Shown here: positions 1-8,042 of the stretch, piece by piece
How the letters are laid out: the number at the start of each line of letters is the position of its first letter
Numbering within the stretch: position 1 is the first letter of the stretch
NCBI GenBank assembly: GCA_964631415.1
Contig: CAZVZC010000014.1
Location: 1-14,242 of the forward strand
DNA: 14,242 nucleotides
Reading direction: 5' to 3'
Source: an uncultured archaeon
Lineage (GTDB): Archaea; Asgardarchaeota; Thorarchaeia; Thorarchaeales; Thorarchaeaceae
Notes under the pieces: generated by a model
The model's database searches: none
Seen by the model: the letters and a program-made list of their open reading frames with translations, nothing else
Told to the model about the DNA's origin: nothing
Program-made: the position numbers and the translations under genes

Positions 1-2
1 TG

Positions 3-176
3 GAAGACCTTCTGGCGCATGAAACCGTTGATTTCCTGTCTAAGACAAGAGAGTTCATGGGGAGTCCGCGCACTTATGGGGACGCTCTATGGAACGTGCT
101 AATGGAACAGATACACCACCGGGGGCAGATTTTCATGCTGATGTCATCTGCAGGGGTCAAGCCCCCGGAGTTGTAG
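3..176 (+). CDS. DinB/YfiT-like family protein, C-terminal fragment (5' end lies outside the window)
   Basis: Manual translation of frame +3 (not in the ORF track): EDLLAHETVDFLSKTREFMGSPRTYGDALWNVLMEQIHHRGQIFMLMSSAGVKPPEL*, TAG at 174-176. HHRGQ(I) followed by G.KPP is the typical DinB C-terminal signature. Confidence 0.85.
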   Translation, partial: EDLLAHETVDFLSKTREFMGSPRTYGDALWNVLMEQIHHRGQIFMLMSSAGVKPPEL

Positions 177-183
177 TTCTGGC

Positions 184-1389
184 TCATTCCTCGAAGTCAG
201 GTGGGGTCATAGATGCCCACACCGGGACCTTCTCCATTGCTGGGTCGTAGCCGTCCAAGACATGACGACCCAGTATGAGCCGCTGTATTTCGCTGGTACC
301 TTCATATATCTGGTAGAGCTTGGCATCGCGAAACAGCTTCTCCAACGGGTACTGGTCGATGTAGCCGTAACCTCCATGAATCTGCAGCGCCTCGCTGGCA
401 ATCCACATCGCTGCGTCTGTGGCGTAGGCCTTGGCCACACTCGCGGCAATGGTGGACTCGGCACCCGTGTCCGCTTGCCATGCGGCCTTGAGGTAGAGCA
501 TCCTTGACGCCTCAATCTTCATGTACATTTCAGCCAGCTTGAACTGAATCACCTCGAACTTGCGTAGCTTCTCCCCAAATGCCTCTCTCTTGTTGACGTA
601 TTCGCGTGCATACTCCATGGCTGCCCTCGCGAGACCTGTTGAAAAGGCTGCGATTGCAGGCCGTGTCATAGCGAATGTGGCCATTGCAGTAAGGAACCCC
701 GTTCCCTCAGACCCCAATAGGTTCTCTGCAGGGACTTTCGCTTCCTTGAACATGACAGACGAGGTCACAGAAGCACGATGGCCCATTTTCTCAACAGGCC
801 GACCCGTCTTCACGCCCGGTGTGTCGGCATCAACAATGAGCGCACACAGAGACTTGTGTCGCTGGCTTGGGTCAAGACTAGCAAAGACAGTGAAGGTGTC
901 GGCATATGGTGCATTTGTTATCCAGAACTTGGTGCCATTGAGGACGTAGTGATCACCCTCCTTTCTGACCTTAGTCTGGATACCGGCTACATCGCTCCCC
1001 ATCCCAGGTTCCGAACATGCGAAGCTGATGAACTTCAGGTCTTTTGTGAGCGGCCTGAGATACTTCTCTTTCTGTTCATCCGTACCTGCTACAAGTATCG
1101 GTTCTGCACCTAGGGAATTCACGTAGATACTCGTGGTCATGCCTGCGCATCCAGCGGCCATCTCCTCGACGACTAGGCACATGTCGATGACTCCTCGGCC
1201 AAGACCCCCATACTCCTTCGGTATGCCCAAGTTCATGAGACCATCTTGCCAACACTTCTTGATTACTGGCAGTGGAAACTCGCCGGTCTTGTCGTAATAG
1301 TGGGCATAGGGGATCATGTACCCTTGAGCAAACTCTCTCGCCTTCTTCTGCAGCGCGATTTGTTCATTGGTGAGCGTGAAGTCTATCAT
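184..1389 (-). CDS. acd: Acyl-CoA dehydrogenase (short/medium-chain type)
   Basis: Motifs FACSEPGMGSD, LNGTKFWITN, KMGHRAS, REAFG, QIHGGYGY and catalytic-Glu-containing IYEGTSEIQR. Start set to ATG 1389 (MIDFTLTNEQ, a typical ACAD N-terminus) behind GAGGGAG rather than the track start at 1446. Confidence 0.95.
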   Translation of the reverse strand: MIDFTLTNEQIALQKKAREFAQGYMIPYAHYYDKTGEFPLPVIKKCWQDGLMNLGIPKEYGGLGRGVIDMCLVVEEMAAGCAGMTTSIYVNSLGAEPILVAGTDEQKEKYLRPLTKDLKFISFACSEPGMGSDVAGIQTKVRKEGDHYVLNGTKFWITNAPYADTFTVFASLDPSQRHKSLCALIVDADTPGVKTGRPVEKMGHRASVTSSVMFKEAKVPAENLLGSEGTGFLTAMATFAMTRPAIAAFSTGLARAAMEYAREYVNKREAFGEKLRKFEVIQFKLAEMYMKIEASRMLYLKAAWQADTGAESTIAASVAKAYATDAAMWIASEALQIHGGYGYIDQYPLEKLFRDAKLYQIYEGTSEIQRLILGRHVLDGYDPAMEKVPVWASMTPPDFEE

Positions 1390-1435
1390 GTCTGCTCCCT
1401 CAGCTACTGTACTTGTTGTTGAACTGGCTTTGGAG

Positions 1436-1449
1436 GTATAAGTCACTTA
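1436..1449 (-). promoter_or_regulatory. Putative TATA-like element (CTTATA on minus strand) overlapped by palindrome TAAGT-C-ACTTA, upstream of the acyl-CoA dehydrogenase
   Basis: Plus strand 1439-1449 = taagtcactta (5-1-5 inverted repeat), about 50 nt upstream of ATG 1389 in an 88-nt intergenic gap. Confidence 0.35.
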
Positions 1450-1477
1450 CGAAGTGGCAACGCTCCAAGATGCGGAA

Positions 1478-3742
1478 TCAGGCCTTAGCAGTCATCTGTT
1501 TGACAACCTCGGGCAGGCTCCACTTCAGCTCCAGCTCAAGTGCGCCGCTTTCGGGGCCCGGACAGCGTCTGACACAGGTCCGACAAGCCACACAGAGCCA
1601 GAGATCGACCTCGACCTTGCCAAAGCCTGGAGCATCCCTCTTCAGTGGGACACTTGTTGTTGGTCGTACAGCTGCCAGACTACGGATTGTCTTGTAGAAC
1701 AGGGCCTTGTTGACTGGAAGCTTCTGAAGCGCCTCCTCAGGGAAGTCAAAGTAGCTGGGAACATCAACATTGGACTTCAACTCGATTGCGTGTTCAGGAC
1801 ATGCAATCTGGCACGACTTGCATCCAAGGCACCTTGAGGGTTCCCAGTCTATTGTGCCGAACCCTAGAAGCGGGGCGTATCCCATCATGTCACGGTACTC
1901 ATCCAGTACCGACGGCACATCTATTTCCATCAAGTCGTCTATAGTGACCTTGGGTTTTGCACTGGGAATCTTGGCACGAGCTCGATAGGCCAGAAGAACG
2001 GCAGACTTGATCTTCTCTTCAACACCCTTGAGTACCGGCTCAGCAATGACTTGGCCGGCGACTCTGATCTTCAGCATCTTGTCACACGACTTCGAGAAGG
2101 CGTCCAGAGAGCCTACAAGTCGTCCTATGTCCTGAGCTTTGAAATCGCTCAGTATGCTATTGATCTCAGCCTTTGCAGCCGAGAGCTGAGGAGCCAAGCT
2201 GCTGACGGTTCTGATTGTGATCTCAGCCTCGTTAGGAGTTCGAGGCACGTCATACAAGACATAGCCATGAGACTCGCCCACTGCTGTAAGCAGTCCGTCA
2301 CTTTTCAATCTCAGCAGATGCTGAAACACACGGTTCTGGGGGATGTGTGTTCTCTCGGCTAAATCATGGGCAGTCATGGCTCCGATATCACGGATAAGAA
2401 CCAGTATCATGCCGCGCTCAAGTTCATTGTCGAGATATGTGGCAACCATCCTATCATAGGTTTCAGGGTTCAGCTTCTCACCGTACACGTTCGCTTCAGA
2501 AACTAGCTTAGGCCCCTTTTCCAGAGCTATCTTGAGTCTGAACCTTGTGAAGGCTTCGAGGCCTGCAGATACGAGTAGACGGAGATCGTCTGAGCTCCCT
2601 GTGCCCTGTGACTGCAGCACCCCCACTGTCATTGAATCCACAGTCTTCCTGAGCGTGTCCACATGATCTGAGAGCTTGGTTTCGTCGTACTCACCAAGCA
2701 ACTGTAGCTTCTCCAGTATAGGCCCAAGCTTATCCAAGGAGGCCTTGGCAGAGTCCTGTGTGCTGCCCTTCAGTGATCTGACGACTCCACGGAACTGCTG
2801 AATGACTCGCTTCAATACAAGCGTCGTCGGGGGAGTGGCTGCAAGCACGCGAGCGAAGACCGGAGAGTCACCTTCCAGACCGGCCATCTCAATCTCACCC
2901 CTCTGAATCATAGATATGATTGCTGACTGCACTGTCTCTGGGGAAACCCTCATCAGAGTAGCCAGCTGCACTGCTGTCTTCGACCCCATGCTGTTCAGAA
3001 TGAATAGGATTATGCCGCGATGTAGTTCTGTCAGGGCGTTCACTGATACCAGCTGTAACACACGAGAGTCCTCAATCCGGCCCTCTCTTCGCCCACGCTT
3101 GATTTGGGCCGAGGCACGTAGGAAGGGACCATACCTTGTCTTTGCGCCAAGCTTCTGCAGTGCATCAAGGGTCGTGTCTGGGCTCGATTCAATACTGGAA
3201 GTCGCCTGTGAGAGGGACTCGATGAGTGCATTCAACTCGGCAGTAGCACCGACCGCGTTCGCCTTGGCCTTCTCCTCATACTCCCCGACCACGGACTCCA
3301 TTCTGGCAATCACGTCTGGTATTGATTTCAGAATGCTATCGATGTCTACTACCGAGGCCTGGCGTTGCTCAGCAATGACACGCTTCTTAGCCGCCAATGA
3401 TGATCTCAAGGCATCGAGAAGGCTGAGGAGCCCCTTTGACTCTAAGTTCTCAGCAGCCTTCTCCAAGTTGGCGATAGAATCGACCAAGATGGACTTCTCA
3501 GCTATCTGTGCTAATAGCCCAGTCCGTGTTGCTGTTTCCAAGAAGGCATCGAAGTAAGAACTGGGAAACGCAACGATAGGCTCGATGAGGGGCCCAATCC
3601 CACGTCTAAGGTTCTCGATTTCTACCGCAATTCTGCTGACAGGTACGGCAGACTCCTCCTTGAGCCCACCAAGCGTCAAGACCATGTCCATCATACGACG
3701 CCGTTTTGGCGCCATCTCCTTGACCACTTCAACGGCGCTCAT
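1478..3742 (-). CDS. Uncharacterised Hdr-associated protein (754 aa): helical segments, two (possibly three) winged-helix modules and a C-terminal 2x[4Fe-4S] ferredoxin domain
   Basis: ATG at 3742 overlaps the upstream TGA stop (ATGA). Internal repeat ELHRGIILFILNSMGSKTAVQLA..RGEIEMAG / ELERGMILVLIRDIGAMTAHDLA..DGLLTAVG with 201-aa spacing. Cluster motifs CLGCKSCQIACP and CVACRTCVRRCP. Confidence 0.85.
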   Translation of the reverse strand: MSAVEVVKEMAPKRRRMMDMVLTLGGLKEESAVPVSRIAVEIENLRRGIGPLIEPIVAFPSSYFDAFLETATRTGLLAQIAEKSILVDSIANLEKAAENLESKGLLSLLDALRSSLAAKKRVIAEQRQASVVDIDSILKSIPDVIARMESVVGEYEEKAKANAVGATAELNALIESLSQATSSIESSPDTTLDALQKLGAKTRYGPFLRASAQIKRGRREGRIEDSRVLQLVSVNALTELHRGIILFILNSMGSKTAVQLATLMRVSPETVQSAIISMIQRGEIEMAGLEGDSPVFARVLAATPPTTLVLKRVIQQFRGVVRSLKGSTQDSAKASLDKLGPILEKLQLLGEYDETKLSDHVDTLRKTVDSMTVGVLQSQGTGSSDDLRLLVSAGLEAFTRFRLKIALEKGPKLVSEANVYGEKLNPETYDRMVATYLDNELERGMILVLIRDIGAMTAHDLAERTHIPQNRVFQHLLRLKSDGLLTAVGESHGYVLYDVPRTPNEAEITIRTVSSLAPQLSAAKAEINSILSDFKAQDIGRLVGSLDAFSKSCDKMLKIRVAGQVIAEPVLKGVEEKIKSAVLLAYRARAKIPSAKPKVTIDDLMEIDVPSVLDEYRDMMGYAPLLGFGTIDWEPSRCLGCKSCQIACPEHAIELKSNVDVPSYFDFPEEALQKLPVNKALFYKTIRSLAAVRPTTSVPLKRDAPGFGKVEVDLWLCVACRTCVRRCPGPESGALELELKWSLPEVVKQMTAKA

Positions 3743-5904
3743 GGACGCACCTCCGCCCACTTGCCAGCTGTCCCGAGATGAACAGGAGTCGGACCAAGCT
3801 CCTTAGCACGCCGGACCATCTCCCCCACGGCGTTAGTGAACCTCTCGGGCTCAGCACTGAACATCCTGAACATCTCCACACGCTCGCCCTGCCACCCAAT
3901 GGCGTTGAGTATCTCGCGAGCAACATCAACCTGTATCTGCGCGATCTCGTTGCCAGTACCACCCATGTGACAACGATCTGTTTCACAAGACGCAATCATT
4001 ACCGTGCTCGCTCCGTGTTCGAATGCCTTCAGGATGTCGATGATTGAGACTCTGCCAGCGCAGGGGACAGGAATCAGACGAGTGCTTGGAGAATACTCCA
4101 TCCTCCTTGTCCCGACTATGTCAATCGTGGAAACAGAACACTCCTCACAGTAGAAACAGACGGTTATCGGATACTCAGGTCCAGCGCCCTCCAAGTTGGC
4201 CTCTATCTCGGACCACAGCTGCTCGTTGGACAGGAAGTTCAGCTGTGTAGCGGCGGATGGACAGAGACTCTGACAGACGCCGCAGGCATGGCAGTTCAGC
4301 GTGTCAATCTTGGCTTTGAAGAGTATCTTCTGGTCTTCGCTCTGTGTTTCTGCCTCCGTTTGCTCGACCATCAGCGGAACACCACGGGGGCATTGCTGCG
4401 CACAGAGACTGCAGCCCACACAATCGTCTACGTTCAACACTGCGCCACGCGCAAGCAGCTCGATCTTCCCGTTGTTGAGTTCATTGTGAAGTATCAAAGC
4501 ACCCGCCTGTGCATCGGTCACTGCCTCATAGACAAACTGAGGATGAGCCACTGCACCTACAGCTACTACTCCCCTTCTTCGGGTTTCAACACGTCTGAGC
4601 TTGCCATATAGCTCCTTCACGTGCCCATCGTACTCCAAGGCATAGCCAAGGGTCTGAGAGAGCTCTGGAAGGCCGTCTGGAGGAAGAACCGCAGCGGATA
4701 GGACGAGCAGGTCAGGGTTTGTTTCGAAGTACCGGTCTAGTAGCGAGTCATAGATTCTCACACCGGTCTTCCCGTTCTTCTCCCATACCATGCTGACCCG
4801 GCCCCGGATGTAGTCAACACCCTTCTCGCGGGACTCCTTGTAGACCAGCTCGTTCTCGAAAGGTACCCTGATGTCCATGTAGACGATGCGTACTCTTGCA
4901 TCAGGGACCCTCTTCAGAAGCTCCAAGGAGTTATCGATAGCGAACGTGCAGCAGAGTTTGCTGCAGTCACGTTTGTGATCCTCTGACCTACTACCCACAC
5001 ACTGGACCATGACCACCTCTCTGACCGGTCCACCATCAGAGGGACGCGAAACTTGACCATCTGTCAGCATGCATGACAGCTCGAACTGCGTTATCACATC
5101 CGGATTCTTGCCATACCTATACTCTGGCATCGTCGTGGGCTTGAACTCTTGGAAGCCCATCGCTAGCACGACTCCTGATGTCTTGAACTTCCTCTCTTCT
5201 CCACCAGCTTGGGTATAATGTACTGTGAAGTCGCCCATCTCGCCCTCGACGAACTTCACGCGTGTGTCAATCATCACTGCGATTCTCTTATCCTTCTTCA
5301 CAGCGTCGAGCCTGCCACTGAGAACCTCTCGACCAGACTTTCCGGTGGGGGCAACAGCCGGGAGCTTGATGACATGTCCACCTAGACTCTTTTCCAGCTC
5401 TATCAATGAGACTTCATACCCCAGCTTGGAGAGGGATAGTGCGGACTCAATCCCTGCGACTCCGCCTCCAATGACTGTCACATGGTTCCCGACTTCCTTT
5501 CGTTGGACTTGGAGCGGTTTTGAAAGAGAAGAACGGAACAATGCCCCACGTATCATGTCATTGCTCTTTCGACTCGCTTCGTCAGAGTCTTTGTGTACCC
5601 AAGCACAATGCTCGCGGATGTTTACGTACTGTATCTGTGTAGGGTCCTTTCCTCTTGACTTCAGGTAGTGGTCGATCCGAGGCCCTATCTTCTGGCTTGT
5701 GCAGGCAGCGATGACGAGCCTGCCACCATACCTGTCCATCATCTTCTCTATCTGGGCTAGGCCATCTTCTTGACAGACTAGATCGTGGACTGTCACCGCA
5801 GCGGCCAGCTCGTTCCCAGCGATGCTGTTCTTCAGGAAATCAAAGTCAAGACCGAGCGTCTTGCCACAGGTGCACAGAAGAACTGCAGACTTGTCATGGT
5901 TCAC
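3739..5904 (-). CDS. hdrA: Heterodisulfide reductase subunit A-like flavoprotein fused to a C-terminal MvhD [2Fe-2S] domain (HdrA''-MvhD)
   Basis: N-terminal CTCG..C..ACT..NIREHCAWVH domain; FAD motif GGGVAG; QCVGSR..CSKLCC; two CxxCxxCxxxCP motifs; MvhD motifs FYCEEC, VPCAGR, CETDRCH, ELGPTP. GTG start 6 nt after GGTGA. Confidence 0.93.
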   Translation of the reverse strand: MNHDKSAVLLCTCGKTLGLDFDFLKNSIAGNELAAAVTVHDLVCQEDGLAQIEKMMDRYGGRLVIAACTSQKIGPRIDHYLKSRGKDPTQIQYVNIREHCAWVHKDSDEASRKSNDMIRGALFRSSLSKPLQVQRKEVGNHVTVIGGGVAGIESALSLSKLGYEVSLIELEKSLGGHVIKLPAVAPTGKSGREVLSGRLDAVKKDKRIAVMIDTRVKFVEGEMGDFTVHYTQAGGEERKFKTSGVVLAMGFQEFKPTTMPEYRYGKNPDVITQFELSCMLTDGQVSRPSDGGPVREVVMVQCVGSRSEDHKRDCSKLCCTFAIDNSLELLKRVPDARVRIVYMDIRVPFENELVYKESREKGVDYIRGRVSMVWEKNGKTGVRIYDSLLDRYFETNPDLLVLSAAVLPPDGLPELSQTLGYALEYDGHVKELYGKLRRVETRRRGVVAVGAVAHPQFVYEAVTDAQAGALILHNELNNGKIELLARGAVLNVDDCVGCSLCAQQCPRGVPLMVEQTEAETQSEDQKILFKAKIDTLNCHACGVCQSLCPSAATQLNFLSNEQLWSEIEANLEGAGPEYPITVCFYCEECSVSTIDIVGTRRMEYSPSTRLIPVPCAGRVSIIDILKAFEHGASTVMIASCETDRCHMGGTGNEIAQIQVDVAREILNAIGWQGERVEMFRMFSAEPERFTNAVGEMVRRAKELGPTPVHLGTAGKWAEVRP

Positions 5905-5910
5905 CAGCCA

Positions 5911-7173
5911 TCACCGCCTGCTCTGAAGTATCTTCGACACCACGGCTCTTGCCTGGGTCACACTCTCAGGAACCTCCGCAGGACCAGCTGCTGCCCCACA
6001 CACATAGACATGGTTTCCAGCCACCACTTCGTTCTCGGACACAGGGTCTGCGGCGGCCACAAAACCATATGTAGACCCAAGTCCGAGCGACTTCATGATG
6101 TGTGACGCATCCTGTGGGGGTTCTAGTGCAGACGATAGTACGAGCAGGTCTACAGAGAATCGGAGATATTTGTCTAGAAGTGAATCATAGACTGTCACGT
6201 TGACAGCCCCATCCTTGCGCGGCTCGACTCGCGTCACTCGTCCTCGTATGAACTCGACCCCGGCATCCCTTGACACACGGTAGTAGCGTTCGTGTCTATC
6301 ATAGGTTCGGATGTCCATGTAGACGACCGAGACACGCGAATCCTGCCTTTCGGTCGCTATGATGTTTGCATGTTTCAGTGCGAAAACGCAACAGATCTTG
6401 GAGCAATAGGGGTGATGCTCCTCGTCCCTGCTACCCACGCACTGGACCATCATCACCTGCTTCACTCCGACACCGTCCGAGGGGCGCAATAGCACTCCAC
6501 CGGACTTGCCGTTCGGATCGAGCATCTGAGCAAGCTCCAGCTGTGTGATGACACTAGGAATCCGACCATAGCCGTACTCTTGCATGTCAATTGGCTTCAT
6601 CTCATGATAGCCAGTAGCGACTACGATGTCTGATACCCCGACAGTCTCCTCGCTGGGCTGCGCATCGAGCTTGATGGCCTTGGTCGGACAGTCTTCCTCA
6701 GCCTTTCTTGTACCTTCATCAGCCATTGAGGGATCATAGGTCACCGCCTGTGGCTGACATTGTGGAGAAAGCAAGTGAAACGCTCTTGAGCGCTCTGTAC
6801 AGAGCCCGCACAGGGTACACTTACGGGGATCTACATACCTTGGGCCCACTGCAATCTTGACTTTGAAATCCCCAGGACTGCCAGAGATCTCTTTCACTTC
6901 AGTGCCAGTCTTGAGCTCGATATTGGGCTGATCGACCAATGCACTTCTGTAGAAACACTTGCGGATTCCGGGCCGCCAACGATTGCCTTCAAAGCAGTAG
7001 AAACAGTCGTCCGTCGGGAAAGCTTTGTAGAGGTCTAGTGCGTTGCCCCCCACAGACAGGGCACGTTCCACAAGGACACTCTTGATACCTGAGTCAGCTA
7101 GTTCAACGGCCGCAGTCATTCCTGCAACACCGGCACCAATGATCAGGACCGTGTCAGACACGCTTCCGCTCAC
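5911..7173 (-). CDS. hdrA: Short heterodisulfide reductase subunit A-like flavoprotein (HdrA'), lacking the N-terminal and C-terminal Fe-S domains
   Basis: GAGVAG FAD motif; LYKAFPTDDC (HdrA consensus LDKTFPTxDC); reduced inserted ferredoxin CTLCGLC..CP; VATGY; RPSDG; QCVGSR..CSKICC; FIRGRV; DLLVLS. Confidence 0.92.
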   Translation of the reverse strand: MSGSVSDTVLIIGAGVAGMTAAVELADSGIKSVLVERALSVGGNALDLYKAFPTDDCFYCFEGNRWRPGIRKCFYRSALVDQPNIELKTGTEVKEISGSPGDFKVKIAVGPRYVDPRKCTLCGLCTERSRAFHLLSPQCQPQAVTYDPSMADEGTRKAEEDCPTKAIKLDAQPSEETVGVSDIVVATGYHEMKPIDMQEYGYGRIPSVITQLELAQMLDPNGKSGGVLLRPSDGVGVKQVMMVQCVGSRDEEHHPYCSKICCVFALKHANIIATERQDSRVSVVYMDIRTYDRHERYYRVSRDAGVEFIRGRVTRVEPRKDGAVNVTVYDSLLDKYLRFSVDLLVLSSALEPPQDASHIMKSLGLGSTYGFVAAADPVSENEVVAGNHVYVCGAAAGPAEVPESVTQARAVVSKILQSRR

Positions 7174-7174
7174 C

Positions 7175-8041
7175 TCAACCTTTCAGATGACTAAGTATCG
7201 AGTCTGCAGTGACACGGTTCATCCGCAGTCCAACTGCGTCCTCACCGATTCCCAGTGCCAACGCCAGTATCTGAGGATAGAGTAGAACTGGTAGGTCATA
7301 CACCTCTCCATAAGACTCTTTGAGGCCAAGCTGTTGAAGGTCCAGTTGGTTGCCACACGCGGGGCATACAACCGTTGCAAACTCCGCACCGGCCTCTTTC
7401 ATGGATCGTATCTTGTCCCTCGCAAGCCTGATTGCCAGAGGCTCATTGACAGGCAGGATAGTCGCACCACAACACTGCTTCCACAAAGGATACTCGACTA
7501 CCTTTGCGCCGGTTGCCCTCACCAGCTCCTCAAGCATCTCAGGCTTGAACTCAGTCACATCGGCCGGACGAAGAAGGTGACAACCATAGTGAATTGCGAT
7601 TCCGACCCCATCGAGGGGCTTGGTGATTCTGCGGCGTATCTCATCAGGACCTATGTCGGTATAGATAGCCTCCACGAAGTGGCGGACCTTGACTGTTCCC
7701 TTGAACTCAAGGTCGTACCTTTTCAGCTCCTTGTTCACGCGAGCCCTGTCTTCTGAGTCGTGTTTCAGGTGATGCTGAACGTCTTTCAAGGAGCCAAAGC
7801 ATCCATTGCAGGGCGTCAATATGTCATGACCATTCTTCTCAGCGATAGCAAGGGTGCGGCCGTTGACAACCAGCCAGCCGAAGTAGTCAATCGCCCTTAG
7901 GTTTGGACTCCCACAACATGCCACATCAGGCATGTACTCGAACTCCATACCCAATGCCTCAGCCACCTTCATCATGGCAGCTTCGTAGTTAGGATAGTTC
8001 GCAGGAACGCTGCAGCCCATGTAAAGATTGTAGACAGGCAC
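7175..8041 (-). CDS. hdrB: Heterodisulfide reductase subunit B (two CCG domains)
   Basis: YMGC..CCG..TPCNGC and HYGCH..CCG..VCPAC..QLD, ending PVLLYPQILALALG. Start chosen at GTG 8041 (5 nt after GGTGA); GTG at 8050 or 8053 are alternatives. Confidence 0.95.
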   Translation of the reverse strand: MPVYNLYMGCSVPANYPNYEAAMMKVAEALGMEFEYMPDVACCGSPNLRAIDYFGWLVVNGRTLAIAEKNGHDILTPCNGCFGSLKDVQHHLKHDSEDRARVNKELKRYDLEFKGTVKVRHFVEAIYTDIGPDEIRRRITKPLDGVGIAIHYGCHLLRPADVTEFKPEMLEELVRATGAKVVEYPLWKQCCGATILPVNEPLAIRLARDKIRSMKEAGAEFATVVCPACGNQLDLQQLGLKESYGEVYDLPVLLYPQILALALGIGEDAVGLRMNRVTADSILSHLKG

Positions 8042-8042
8042 C

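Noticed and set aside
2243-3742. ESCRT-II (Vps22/25/36)-like tandem winged-helix protein
   Set aside because: The winged helices are separated by about 140-aa helical spacers, fused to a ferredoxin and coupled to hdr genes, with no ESCRT context.
3739-7173. QmoAB assignment (sulfate reduction)
   Set aside because: Sizes are similar, but no aprAB, sat or qmoC is in the window and the large subunit keeps the HdrA N-terminal CxCG domain.
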